Below are positions 28,301-41,900 of a stretch of DNA of 64,000 bases, piece by piece (within the stretch, counting starts at the first letter, position 1; every line of letters begins with the position of its first letter). The stretch lies in NCBI RefSeq assembly GCF_963921235.1, contig NC_086109.1:4342001-4406000 (forward strand), given 5' to 3'. The notes beneath the pieces were generated by a model that ran no database searches, was not told the DNA's origin, and worked only from the letters and a program-made list of their open reading frames with translations. The position numbers and the translations under genes are program-made. Source of the stretch: Mobula hypostoma (taxonomy: Eukaryota).

Positions 28301-31300
28301 CTACTGGTCCTTCATATCACTCGAGTGATGACTAACCTGTTCCTTTTCTGCAGTACGTTGCCAACCACCTTTGCCAATTCAGAATGGAGATTATACACCA
28401 AAATATAGCTACTATGCATCATATTATTATCGCTATAACGCTATTATTACGTTCACCTGCAATGAAGGATTTAAACTTGAAGGTTCCAGCGAGAGTAGAT
28501 GTGGAGATAATGGCGTCTTTAACCCTCACCCGCCTACCTGCACAAGCGGTAAGGCCCCACTACTGAAGTCTAAAGACAGAATGAAAATGCTCCTTAGAGC
28601 TGAAATTGTCAGGTTGCTCTGAGGTAGAACCATCTCCCTCAGCTCCCAGGGTGGAGGTGCCTGCATGGCTGGGATGGACTGGGGTTGGGGTTGGGTTTGA
28701 CTGGAATTGGTTTGGGCTGGGATGGACTGGGGTTGGGGTTGGGTTTGACTGGAATTAGTTTGGGCTGGGATGGACTGGGGTTGGGGTTGGGTTTGACTGG
28801 AATTGGTTTGGGCTGGGATAGACTGGGGTTGGGGTTGGGTTTGACTGGAATTAGTTTGGGCTGGGATGGACTGGGGTTGGGGTTGGGTTTGACTGGAATT
28901 GGTTGGGCTGGGATGGACTGGGGTTGGGGTTGGGTTTGACTGGAATTGGTTGGGCTGGGATAGACTGGGGTTGGGGTTGGATTTGACTGGAATTGGTTTG
29001 GGCTGGGATGGACTGGGGTTGGGGTTGGGTTTGACTGGAATTAGTTTGGGCTGGGATGGACTGGGGTTGGGGTTGGGTTTGACTGGAATTGGTTGGGCTG
29101 GGATAGACTGGGGTTGGGGTTGGATTTGACTGGAATTGGTTTGGGCTGGGATGGACTGGGGTTGGGGTTGGGTTTGACTGGAATTGGTTGGGCTGGGATA
29201 GACTGGGGTTGGGGTTGGATTTGACTGGAATTGGTTTGGGCTGGGATGGACTGGGGTTGGGGTTGGGTTTGACTGGAATTGGTTTGGGCTGGGATAGACT
29301 GGGGTTGGGGTTGGATTTGACTGGAATTGGATTGGGCTGGGATAGACTGGGGTTGGTGTTGGGTTGGAGTGGGTGGGGCCGGAATGGGGTTATGTTGTGA
29401 TTGTTTTCATTGCAATTCTGTGCGTCTAGAATGGACTGGGATTAGGATGGAGTAGGATTGTGGTAGTCTAGGATTTGGTGGGCTGAGAATGGATTGAGCT
29501 GGGATGGCTTAGGACTGGGATTGGGGTGGAATGGTTTTGGGTTGTGACAGGATTGGGCTGGGCTGGAGTGGGATTGGGCTGGGCTGGAGTGAGATTGGGA
29601 TTGGGCTAGAGTGAGATTGGGATTGGGCTGGAGTGAGTTTGGGATTGGGGTGGAATGGTTTTGGGTTGTGCTGGGATTAGGTTGGTCTGGAAATGGGGTG
29701 GACTGGAATTGTCATGTTCAGTGGGTTGCAAAGAAGTCATTTGTTGGTGAGGTAGTGCAAGTTTTTAAAAAAAATCAGCTGGGGGCTTTTGGAACTTTTC
29801 AGTGGACTGCCATCATAATGATCTATTAAGCACACAGCAGGGACCAATAAAAGAAGCGAGTTGTAAGCAGAGCAGCCATTATAGTAGTGTCCATTGTTGG
29901 AACGGAGAACAGGAAGAGACTAGAACTTAAGCTTGAGAAGTTAGAGATGCAACAAGTGTAGGCAGGTCAGTAGTGTGGCAACTGAATGCCCCTCCTGTGA
30001 GATGTGGGAACTTGACAATCTCCCTGATGTCTACATCTGCAGGAAGTGCATCCAACTGCAACTCCTAGCTGCTAAGGTCAAGAAACTGGAGATGGAGTTG
30101 GAGCTGGATGCGCTGGGGACCATCCAGGAGGCTGAATACCTTCTAGAGGAGACTTTTACTGAGGTGGTCAAACCCAGAGCGCAACTTCAGGTAGTACCTG
30201 GGCGAAGTAAAGGGAGTAATCAGTCAGTGCAGGGTTCCCCTGTGGACATTCCCTTCAGCAGTAAGTATACCCTTTTGGATACTGCTTGGGGTGTGGTGGA
30301 AGATGAACTATCAGCAGCCAGGCCAATGGCACTATGGCTGGGTACTGAGGCCCAGCAGAGAAGGGTAAAGTCAGAGAGAGTGAAAGTCATACAAGACTCG
30401 ATGGATAGGGGAAACAGAAAACAGATAGCAGATTCTGTGGCTACAAAAAATACAGCAGGATGATGTGTTGCCTCCCAGGTGCTAGGGTCCAGGATCACTC
30501 AGAGCAGCTGGAGAATATTATCAAGAGGGAGGGTGAGCAGCCAGAGGTCGTGCTGTACAGGGTGTCAATGACATTTATACACTGCCTATGAAAAGTATTC
30601 ACCACCCTTGGAAGTTCTCATGTTTTATTGATTTACAAAACTGAGTCACAGTGGATTTAATTTGGCTTTTTTGACACTAATCAACAGAAAAGACTCTTTT
30701 GTGTCAAAGTGAAAACAAATTTGTCTAAATTTATTACAATTAGTCAACACAATATAATTGATTGCATAATTACTCAGCCCCTTCCCAACTCTGTGCCCAA
30801 AGATCTGAGGTCTCTGGGCACACAGCCAAAGATCTTACAATTCCCACAACACACTGATCTCCCGTCGGGACACCGACCTTCGATCTGCCCGTCTCCAGAG
30901 CCACGAGATCCCAGGCCCCCAAAGGCGAGCTGAGCTCTTAGACCACGTCCTTGGCATGTCGGATAACAGCCAGTCGTGAGACCCCGAGAGCGGATCCCAT
31001 TCCCGCAAAGAGCTGAAGTCAGCGTGTAACTCCAGGTCAGGGTCTTCAAAAGAACCCTGAAAGGGAAAAATAGAGATATTAAAGATGGAAATAGAGCTGT
31101 TTCTGAAGATTCAAGCAAAGAATTCGCCATTTAACGCCATTGATGTTGTAAAACAACAAAATAGGAGAAGTTCCAAGGGGGACGAATACTTTTTATGGGC
31201 ACTGTAGGTAGAAAAGGGGAAGTATTGCTGTGCAGTTAGTATAGGGAGTTTGGAAAGAGACGGTAGAGCAGCATCTCCAAGGTAGTTATTTCTGGATTGA

Positions 31301-34300
31301 TCCCAGTACCACATGCTGGTCAGAGCAGGAATGTGATGATAGTACAGGTGGACTGGGATGGGGGTCAGCTTTCTGGATCATTGGGATCTCTCCTGGGGAA
31401 GGTATAACCGGTACAAAGAGGACAGGTTACACCTGCACCTGAGAGGGATTCGTATCCATGTGGGCAGGTTCGCTAGAGGTGTTGGGGAGGGTTTAAACTC
31501 ATTTGACAGGGGATGGGAACCAGAGTGTTGGGGCTGAGGGTGAGACAGTTAGCATACAAGCTGATGCAGTGTGTACTGAGATTCCGAGGAATGACAGGCA
31601 GTCGGTGAGATGAGTGGGAGTGTAACATGGGAGCAAAAGTGAAAAGGGTAACGAATACAGGACTGAATGTGTTATATTTGAATACACGCATTGCAGAATA
31701 ATGCAGATGAACTTGCAGCACAGGTAGTGATTGGCAGGTAAGAGGTTGCAGGAATACAGTGGAATAAAGGGAAATACAGAGGTGTGCAAGTTAATGGAAG
31801 AGGACGATATCAGGGAGTCAAAAATAGTATAAAAGCAATAGAGAGGGTATAATATATAGCAAAAATTGGTGGGAAATTAGAGAATTAAAAACTAAATGCA
31901 ACTAAAAATGCCATAAGGAGAGAAAAGATTAAATATGAAGGTAAGCTAGCCAATAATATAAAAAGACATACAAAAAGTTTTTTTCAGACATATAAGAGTA
32001 AAAGAGAGGCAAAAGTGGATATTGAACTGCTGGAAAATGAAGTTGGAGAGGCAGTAATGAGGGACAAAGTAATAGCAAAGTATTTTGTGTCAGTCTTCAC
32101 TGTGGAAGACACTAGCAGTGCGCAAGAAATTCAAGAGTGTCAGGAGACAGAACTGAGTGCAGTTACTATTACTAAGGAGGAGGTGCTGAGGAAGCTGAAA
32201 GGTCTGAAGGTAGATAAGTTACCTAGTCTAGTTGGAATACACCCCAGGGTTCTGAAAAGAGGTAGCTGAAAAGTTTGTGGAGGCATTAGTAATGATGTTT
32301 CAAGAATCACTAGATTCTGGAATAGTTCTGGAGGACTAGAAAATTACAAATGTCACTCCACTGTTTAAGAAGGGAGAGAGGAAGAAGAAAGGAAATTATA
32401 CGTCATTTAGCCTGACTTCAGTGGTTAGGAAGATGTTGGAGTCTATTACTAAGGATGAGGTTTCAGGGTAGTTTGAGTACCAAAGTAGGCCAAAATCAGC
32501 ATGGTTTCCCTGCCTGACAAATCTGAATTCTTTGAGGAAATAACAGGCAGCATAGGCAAAGTAGAGTCAGAAGGCTTTTGACAAGGTGCGGTACATGAGG
32601 CTGCTATTATCGCCCATTGGACTACAGGAAAGACTCTAGTATGGATAGGAGCTCAGTTGGCAGCAGAATATAAACAGTAGGAATAAAAGGGGCCTATTCT
32701 GGTTAGCTGCCGGTGACTAGTGCTATTCTACAGTGGTCGGTATTGGGACCACTCCTTTTCATGTTATATGTCAAAGATTTGGATGAGAGAATTGATGGTT
32801 TTGTGGCCAAATTTGCAGTCAATACAAACATAGGTAGAGGGGCAGGTAGTGTTCAATGGGCTGAATGGTCGAAGTGTGCAATAATGTCTTATGGTCTTAT
32901 AGGATTGGGTTGGACTGCTCAGAATAGATAGGGAGACATGAGTGTAGGCAGACTGAGGACAGAAAGTACTGGAGGGTCACTGTATTCACATTAATGAAAG
33001 GGGCCTCACACTGTAGATCAGTGCTTGGGATTCTGATCCATTTCCTCAATATGAGCTATACCCTGCACTTCCCCACACGATGCTGCACAGAAGTTGTGTC
33101 CATGCCTCGTACTGCAAATCTACTGACGTGATTTCCACCTGCCAGCTCTCAGTGTTTACCTCAGCAGTCATGGTTCTTCATGGACTTACTCATGAGCCTC
33201 TGTCTCCCCAATATACAAGTCTCCAGCCCCTCACCACACCCTCGAAGCATATTTACTGCAGTTCACCTCTAAACCTGCCACTGAAACCTACATCCTTTGG
33301 CTGGCAAGAGAAAGGAACGCGGAGGGTGGGGTGTTGGAAAACAGCTCATCTGAAACTGGAGAGTTCAACCTTCACAAGCCCCTGCCCACATGGCCGGCTG
33401 GTCTGGAATTCGTTCCCATGGAATCCAGGAAGAACAAGTTAAGTGGATTCGAAGTTAGCTCGGAGGTAGGAAGCAGAGCTTGTTTCTCAGAACGGAGGCC
33501 AGTAGCTCGTGACGTACCGCTGGGGTCAGTGTTGAGACCCTCGTTATTTGTCATTTATAGAAATGACTTGGATATGAATCTCAGACATCCCACCTCTCCC
33601 GGAAGTTCCGGGAGTCTCCCGCGTATTAATAGTGGCTCCCCGATGCCCGCAAATTATATACAGTATCACAGAAATCAATTTTGTTGAGAGCAAGCGAGGG
33701 AGCGAGAGAAAGCAAGAGAGAGTGCGAGAGCTACCAAATAAAACGTACGTCACCCCAGACTACACTCAAGTGTCCCCCTGCCTAATAGGGGTCAAAATAA
33801 TGACAGTGTTGCTCGCTGCACTGTTTGCAACAGTGACTTTTCTATTGCCCATGGTGGGTTAAGGCTGTAAAAGACATGTTGAGGTGAGTTTAACAGGTGT
33901 TATTCGTTCACTAGCATAGCTAACGTTATTTAAACTAGCTGGCTAGCTGCTAAGGAGCTACTCTATTGCAGACATCTCACCTCTCCCGGAAGTCTCCCGC
34001 AAATTGATGGTGCTACCTCCCTGAAATGAGTTTTTGCAGGGTGGGATGTCTGGAATCCACTATGTTTAATCAGATTTAAAAGGCACCAGTGGGGCAACGT
34101 TTCCACGCAGAGGGCGGTGAGTGTATGGAACGAGCTGCCTGAGGAAATGGTTGAGGTAGGTACAATCGTATCATTTAAGGACCACTCCAACAGGTACATG
34201 GAGGGGCAAGGCCTAGAGAAGGGGTTTCTCACCTGAGGCTCACAGACCCCTCAGTTAACAGAGTCTCCATGGCATAATGCAACACAGAGCGTCAGAGGAG

Positions 34301-37300
34301 GTCATTCCTGCCTGTGGCCACCAGTCTTTACAACTCCTCCCTTGGAGGGTCAGACACTCTGAAGCAATAGGCTGGTCCTGGATTTATTTCCTGGCATAAT
34401 TTACATATAACTATTTAACTATTTATGGTGTTATTACTATTTATTATTTATGATGCAACTGTAATGAAAACCAGTTTCCCCTGGGATCAATAAGTATGAC
34501 TATGACTATGACTATAAAATAGTTGGAGACCTGTGGCCTGGAGGGATCTGGGCTGAACACAGGACATTGGGTGAGTGGCATATTCAGCATGGATTGGTTA
34601 GCAAAAGGGCTTGTGTTCCATGATTCCACAACTCTACGCCATTTGAGTGTAGACTACCCAGGTGGAATATGAGATGCAGTTTCTTCTCCCACAACACCTG
34701 AGTGACATACCACCTGTTCCTCTCCAACAGTGTATTGTTATTCACCCACCATTCCGGACCATGGAGACATTCACCCAAAAGAGGAACGCTATAGGTATCA
34801 CCAAGAAATTACCTTCAGCTGTGATACCGGATATAAACTGGTGGGCAACCACCACAGTAGGTGTGAAGGTGAAGGCACCTTCAAACATCCCCCACCTACC
34901 TGCAGGAAAGGTAAGCTGCCGTTACTGAAGTCTGGAGACAGAATGAAAAGGAAAAGCCCCTTGGAGTTGAAATTGTCAAGTCCCACTGAGGCTGAACCAT
35001 CACTGCAATGTGTCATCCTCTCTTTTGTTACTTTGCGGGATCAAATTCTGTTGGGGCATATAGAATAACTGGCAGGGGTATTCCAATTGTTGTCGGAGAT
35101 CTTGGTCACAGCTCAGTGGTGGACAGGGTAGTAAGGTCCCTGGATGGGCTGTTCCTCAGCAGTGCCTGAAGTCACATTAACAGCAATTACAGATGCATTG
35201 AGAAACTGCCCAGCCTTCTTCAAAGGTTCAAAGGTTTACTTTATTATCAAAGTATGTATGCGGAATACAACTCTGAGATTTGTCTTCTCCAGACAGCCAT
35301 GAAATATTGAAAGCAGTTGAAAGAAAGACATCAACCCAACACTCCTCCCCAGCATGAAAGGAAAAAGAAACAAAAACTCACAAACCGCAAATCTCTCCCC
35401 AGCCCGTCCCTCGCACAAAAAACAACACATCATCCACATGGGGAAAGAACAAGAACATCAAACCCCAAACCCCCAGCCCACCAATCAGCAATAAGAACAT
35501 CAAACCCCAAACCCCCAGCCCACCAATCAGCAATAAGAACATCAAACCCCAAACCCCCAGCCCACCAATCAGCAATAAGAACAAACCCCAACCCCCCCAG
35601 CCCACCAATCAGCAATAAGAACAACAAACCCCAAACCACCAGCCCACCAATCAGCAATAAGAACAAACCCCAAACCCCCAGCCCACCAATCAGCAATAAG
35701 AACAACAAACCCCAAACCCCCCAGCCCACCAATCAGCAATAAGAACAACAAACCCCAAACCCCCCAGCCCACCAATCAGCAATAAGAACATCAAACCCCA
35801 AACCCCCAGCCCACCAATCAGCAATAAGAACATCAAACCCCAAACCCCTCAGCCCAGCAATCAGCAATAAGAACATCAAACCCTAAAGCCCCAGCCCACC
35901 AATCAGCAATAAGAACATCAAACCCTAAACCCCCAGCCCACCAATCAGCAATAAGAACATCAAACCCTAAACCCCCAGCCCACCAATCAGCAATAAGAAA
36001 GAATGGGCAAGAACACAACAAAAATATAGAACTGAAAGAGGTCAATATGAACTACAGTTCATTTGGACTACAGTCCAATCCATAAATCTCACCAGTGGCC
36101 CCTCCGAGGGCAGCGACCCAGTAAATTGAGTCAAGGAAATTCAATGTAGCTACTAAATCCTGTCTCCTGTTCATGAGAATCTGCATTCTAAAGCCTGATG
36201 CCGTAGCTGGTCGAATCCTGAAGGGAATAGAGAGTGCTAGGCATTCTCAACAAGTAGAAGTTGGCAGAGCGAGCCAACCATTCATCCTGGTGACCTCTCC
36301 CCAAAGCAGTGCTGCTAGAGGGCCAGTGACACTGTTTCTCTCCCCACAGACCCTGACTGATTGACTGAGAATGTCCAGCCCTTCCTATTTCACTTATCTG
36401 TATCCTGCGGGTTAAATTTAAGGTTAATGAACCTAAAACTGTTCATTAAATTTCCATTTAGTGAACACTTCCATCTCATTCGACATTAGAATCAGGTTTA
36501 TTGTCACTGACATGTCATGAAATTTGTTGTTTTGCAGCAGCAGTACAATGCAAAGACATAAAAAATACTAAAAATTACAATAAGAAAATAAACACACACA
36601 TATAAATACACTTTGCAATAGGCCAACTAAGCTTAAAAATGTTTTGTTGATGATTTTTATTTGAACTCAGTGCCTGAGGCTTCTTGCTTAAGTGTCCAAT
36701 AATAATCAGCCAGTATTGATGGATTCCAGTTGCCCTGATACCGTTTCTCCATGACCACAATGTCCTGGTGAAACCTTCACTGTGTGCTGACAGCACCAAG
36801 ATTTGCAGGGAAGAAGTCTAAACAGGAATGCAGAAAATGAATCTTTAGTGACATGTTGCACTTCACGGTTTTGTATGCTTGAAGCATGTTGTCAACCAGC
36901 TGCACGTAGCTTGGTGCTCTGTAGTTGCCAAGAAAGTTTTCAACAACATCCTTGAATGACTTCCATGGGATTTTCTCTGGTTCCACTAGAATTGCCCGTC
37001 ATTGATGACCTGTTTGATTTGAGGACCAACAAAAATGCCTTCCTTAATCTTGGCATAAGTTATTCTGACTTGAATTTTGAATTGAAAGAACAAATAGAGG
37101 TGATTTCAAAAGAATGATGTGTGCTAGGGAAATTTCATGGTGATTTTCATGATCAGTAGCCCAAAATCAAAAAGGCACACCCAAAAGTATTTAGGATTTG
37201 TGTTGTCCAGTGTTATGAAAGTACCTATACAATAAGTCACCACATACAAGCCTGAGATTCATTTTCTTGTGGGCATACTCAGCACATCTATAGAATAGTA

Positions 37301-38392
37301 ATGATGACAGGTCTTTCATGTGATGAAAGACTGGATGAACTGGGCTTGTACTCGTTGGAATTTAGAAGATTGAGGGGGGATCTGATTGAAACGTATAAGA
37401 TCCTAAAGGGATTGGACAGGCTAGATGCGGGAAGATTGTTCCCGATGTTGGGGAGGTCCAGAACGAGGGGTCACAGTTTGAGGATAGAGGGGAAGCCTTT
37501 TAGGACCGAGATTAGGAAAAACTTCTTCACACAGAGAGTGGTGAATCTGTGGAATTCTCTGCCACAGCAAACAGTTGAGGCCAGTTCATTGGCTATGTTT
37601 AAGAGGGAGTTAGATATAGCCCTTGTGGCTACAGGGGTCAGGGGGTTTGGAGGGAAGGCTGGGTTCTGAGTTGGATGATCAGCCATGATCATAATAAATG
37701 GCGGTGCAGGCTCGAAGGGCCGAATGGCCTACTCCTGCACCTATTTTCTATGTTTCTATGTTTCTATAACAGGATCAGTGAAATATCCACCAGAGTGCAG
37801 AAGACAAAAGAACCTGTGCAAATGCAAATATAAATAAATAGCAATGAATAATGAGAACATGAGATAACGAGATAAAAGTCCTTAAAGTGAGAGGATTGGT
37901 TGTAGGAATATTTCAATGATGGGGCAAGTGAGTGTAGTTATCTCCTTCTATTTAAGAGCCTGATGGTTGAGGGATGGTCACTGTTCTTGAACCTGATGGT
38001 GTCCATCCTGAAGCTCTTGTACCTTCTATCTGATGGCAGCAGCAAGAAGAAAGCATGACCTGCGGGGATCTCTGATGATGGACATGACTATCCTACGACA
38101 GCATTTCCTGTAGCTGTGCTCAATGGTTGGGATGACTTTACCTATGATGGACTGAGCTGAATCCACCATCTATTGTAGGATTTTCTGGTCAAAGGCACTG
38201 CTGTTTCCATTACCAGGCTGTGGTGCAGCCAGTGAATATTCTTTCCACTACACATCAGTAGAAGGTTGTCAAAGTTTTAGATATCTGCTGAGTCTCCGCA
38301 GACTTCTGAAAAAGTGGTGGCACTGCTGGGCTTTCTTTGGAATCGCACTTCGGTGCTGGGTCCAGAACAGGTCCTTCAAAATAAAGAGAGAG

Positions 38393-38427
<35 letters not shown>

Positions 38428-38493
38428 CAGAGAGATAGAGAGAGAGTGATATAGAGAGAGAGAATAGAGAGAGAGAGAGAGAGAGAGAGATTC

Positions 38494-38524
<31 letters not shown>

Positions 38525-38608
38525 TAGATAGAGAGAGAGAGAGAGAGATACAGAGAGATAGAGAGAGAGTGATAGAGAGAGAGAGAATAGAGAGAGAGAG
38601 AGAGATTC

Positions 38609-38645
<37 letters not shown>

Positions 38646-38734
38646 TAGAGAGAGAATAGAGAGAGAGAGAGATTCAGAGAGATATAGAGAGAGAGATAGA
38701 GAGAGAGAATAGAGAGAGAGATAGAGAGAGATTC

Positions 38735-38773
<39 letters not shown>

Positions 38774-38805
38774 TAGAGAGAGAATAGAAAGAGAGAGAGA
38801 TTCAG

Positions 38806-38838
<33 letters not shown>

Positions 38839-38864
38839 ATAGAGAGAGAGATAGAGAGAGATTC

Positions 38865-38903
<39 letters not shown>

Positions 38904-38935
38904 TAGAGAGAGAATAGAGAGAGAGAGAGATTCAG

Positions 38936-38968
<33 letters not shown>

Positions 38969-41900
38969 ATAGAGAGAGAGATAGAGAGAGATTCAGAGAG
39001 AGAGAGAGAGAGATAGAGTGAGATACTGAGAGATAGAGAGAGAGTGATAGAGAGAGAGAATAGAGAGAGAGATTCAGAGAGAGAGAGAGAGATAGAGAGA
39101 GATACAGAGAGAGAGAGAGAGAGAGAGATAGAGGGATAGAGAGTGAGAGATAGAGAGCGAGAGAGAGAGAAAGAGAGTGAGAGATATTTTATTTATTTAT
39201 AAGTTTGACGATGACACCACTGTTGTGGGCCATATCAATGGTGGTGATGATGGATCAGCATACAGGAAGGAAATTGAAAATTGACTGAGTGATGTAATAT
39301 CAACAGCTTCTCACTCATAGAGTTCAGGAGAGGGAAACCAAAGGTCCATGAGCCATTAATCATCAGAGCCGGAGAGGGTCAGTAACTTTAAATTCCTGGG
39401 TGTCACTATCTCACAGGACCTGTCCTGGACCCAGCATATAAATATAATTGCAAAGAAAGCACAACAATGCCTCTACTTCCTCAGGTGGCTGCAGAGGTTT
39501 GGCATGTCATCGAAAACCTTGGCGAGCTTCTATAGTGTGTGGTGGAAGGTGCGCTGACTGGCTGCATTACGGCCCGGTATGGGAACACCAATGCTCTTGA
39601 GTGGAAAATCTTACAGAAGGTAGTGGATTCAGCCCCGTACATCACTGGTAAAACCTTCCCAACCATTGAGCACATCTACATGAAATTTTGCCGTAGAAAA
39701 GCAGCATTGATTATCAAAGTTCCTCACCATCCAGACCATGCTCTTTTATGAATTTGCTAAGTGTGCCCGCAGTAAAAGAATCTCAGGGTTGTATGTGGTG
39801 ACATGTATGTACTCTGATAACAAATTTTTACTTTGAATATATATGTTCAAAGAGAGAGTGAGAGAGAGAGAAAGAAATAAAATATAAAACAATGGATCAA
39901 TGGGTTAATTGGGCCATCAGTTAATGGGGCAGCCATTTATTTGGGCCAACTCTTAAAAACGAATCAAGAAAATAGCTGAGATTCCCTTCATTTATTTTGG
40001 ACTATATGCCACTTAATAGGATCAATAGACTGTTGTTGAACTGTTTCTAACTAGTGTCAGTCACATACAGCCATTAGACCGTGCACCATACTTAGAGTGA
40101 TCAGTTTTTAAATGGTATCAGTTGCATATGATTATGTTCAAAAAGCAGTGATGCTTGTCACTAATCGTTGGTGAGAAATAAGCGGTAAGACAGTTCAGAA
40201 CTGTTTTAATCACTGAGGTTTCGAGCATTCTGGCTTGGAATCAGAAATGGCCGGGAGTGAAAATTAAACAATTCAAGTTATTCATCTTCTGCAGTGCAAT
40301 GTAGACGACCCACGAATTTAATCGTTCAACCGAATCGAATCACCTACAACTATGAAGATCGTGTTACCTTCACCTGTCAACGTGGATTTATACCGAGGGA
40401 GAGCACTGAGAGTGTGTGTGTAGAAAGAGACACCTTTGACCCTCCCCCGCCTACCTGCAAGAAAGGTAAGGAGCCGCGACTAAGTCTGAAGACAGAATGA
40501 AACGTAAATACTCTCGAGAGCTGCAATTGTCAGGTCCCGTTGAGGTTGCACTGTCCAGAGGCACCTGCAAGGCTGGGCTGGGCTGGGCTGGAAAGGACTG
40601 GGAATGAGTTGGGCTAGGATGGACTGGGATTGGATTTTGTTGGGATTTGGATAAACTGGGATTGGGTAGGGTTGGGTTGGGAATTGGCTTTGTTGGGGTT
40701 TGGGTGAACTGAGACTGGGTCAGGCTGGGCTGCGATGGGGCTATGCTGGGTTGAGTTGAGCTGATCAGAGTTGGTGAGGAGATGTGAGTATAGGCAGGGT
40801 CAGGACAGGAAGTGTGGGAGGGACACTCGGTTAACTGTATTCTATTTCTGATGCAGCATAGAAACAACTCAATAAGCATAAAGAACTCAAAAAGGAAACA
40901 AAAACACTGTAAATACATTTATATTTAGTGTTTTCAGTGTTCTTTATGCTTATTGTCTTTTATATGTGCGTCAGAGAATGTTCTGCTCTTTTGGTGTATG
41001 AAGAATGGTAGTGTAGTGTTTAGCAATTCCCACTGCAGTCTGTAAGGGGTTTGTATGTTCTCTCCATGACAATATGGGTTTCCTCCGGGTGCTCTGGTTT
41101 CCTCCCACAGCCTAAAGACATACTGGTTGGTAGGTGAATTGATCATTGTAAATTCTCCTGCAATCAGGGTGGGGTTAAATCAGGGGATTGCTGGGGGGCG
41201 CAGCTCAAAGGTCCGAAAGAGCCTGTTCTGCACCATTTTTTTAAGTTAATAAAAGTAGGAAGTTCACAATTCATCAGCAAGCCAAACTGCAGTCAACTGA
41301 ACACTGGAGTCAACTCTGGGTGATTTATTTGGGCAGCACACACACACACAACTGAGTGAAATTTAAACTGAGGGGCAATTTACAATGACCAATTAATCTA
41401 CTATCCAGTACATCTTTGGACTGTGGGAGGACACCAGAGCACCCGGAGGAAACCCACTCATCCACAGGGAGAACGTACAAACTCCTTACAGGCAGCGGCA
41501 GGCATTGAACCCAGGTCACCTGTTCCGTAAAGTGCCCCCGCCATGCACGTTATTTTCCATATCCATACTTTAACCTCTAACTTATTTCTATATAATTCTT
41601 TATTCTTTGCCATTGTTTAATGTTGTTTTTTCGTTACATGCCATGCTCTGACGAACACACCACTGCAAATTCCTAGTACATGTAAGTGTATACAGCGAAT
41701 AAAGTTAATCTTTGATCCTCAAATAGTCAGTGGGAATTTCAAAGGATTATTTGGATCGAATGCAGAAAAGTGTAAAAATAATAGGGTTGTGGAAGTGGGG
41801 AAATTTTAACTATCCCAGAACGGACTGGAATTGCCTCCATGCAAAGGTTTAAAGGTTAATTTATTATTGAAGTATGTATGCAGTACACACCTCTGAGACT

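Noticed and set aside
28685..29400. Gly/Leu/Trp-repeat ORFs ([14 protein letters not shown])n
   Set aside because: Translations of the 48-bp minisatellite; the frame is broken by 47-bp units and there are no splice signals.
35317..36045. Pro/Asn-rich and hydrophobic repeat ORFs that resemble a mucin/STP or TM region
   Set aside because: Arise from the 42-bp minisatellite with variable unit length; no consistent frame or exon boundaries.
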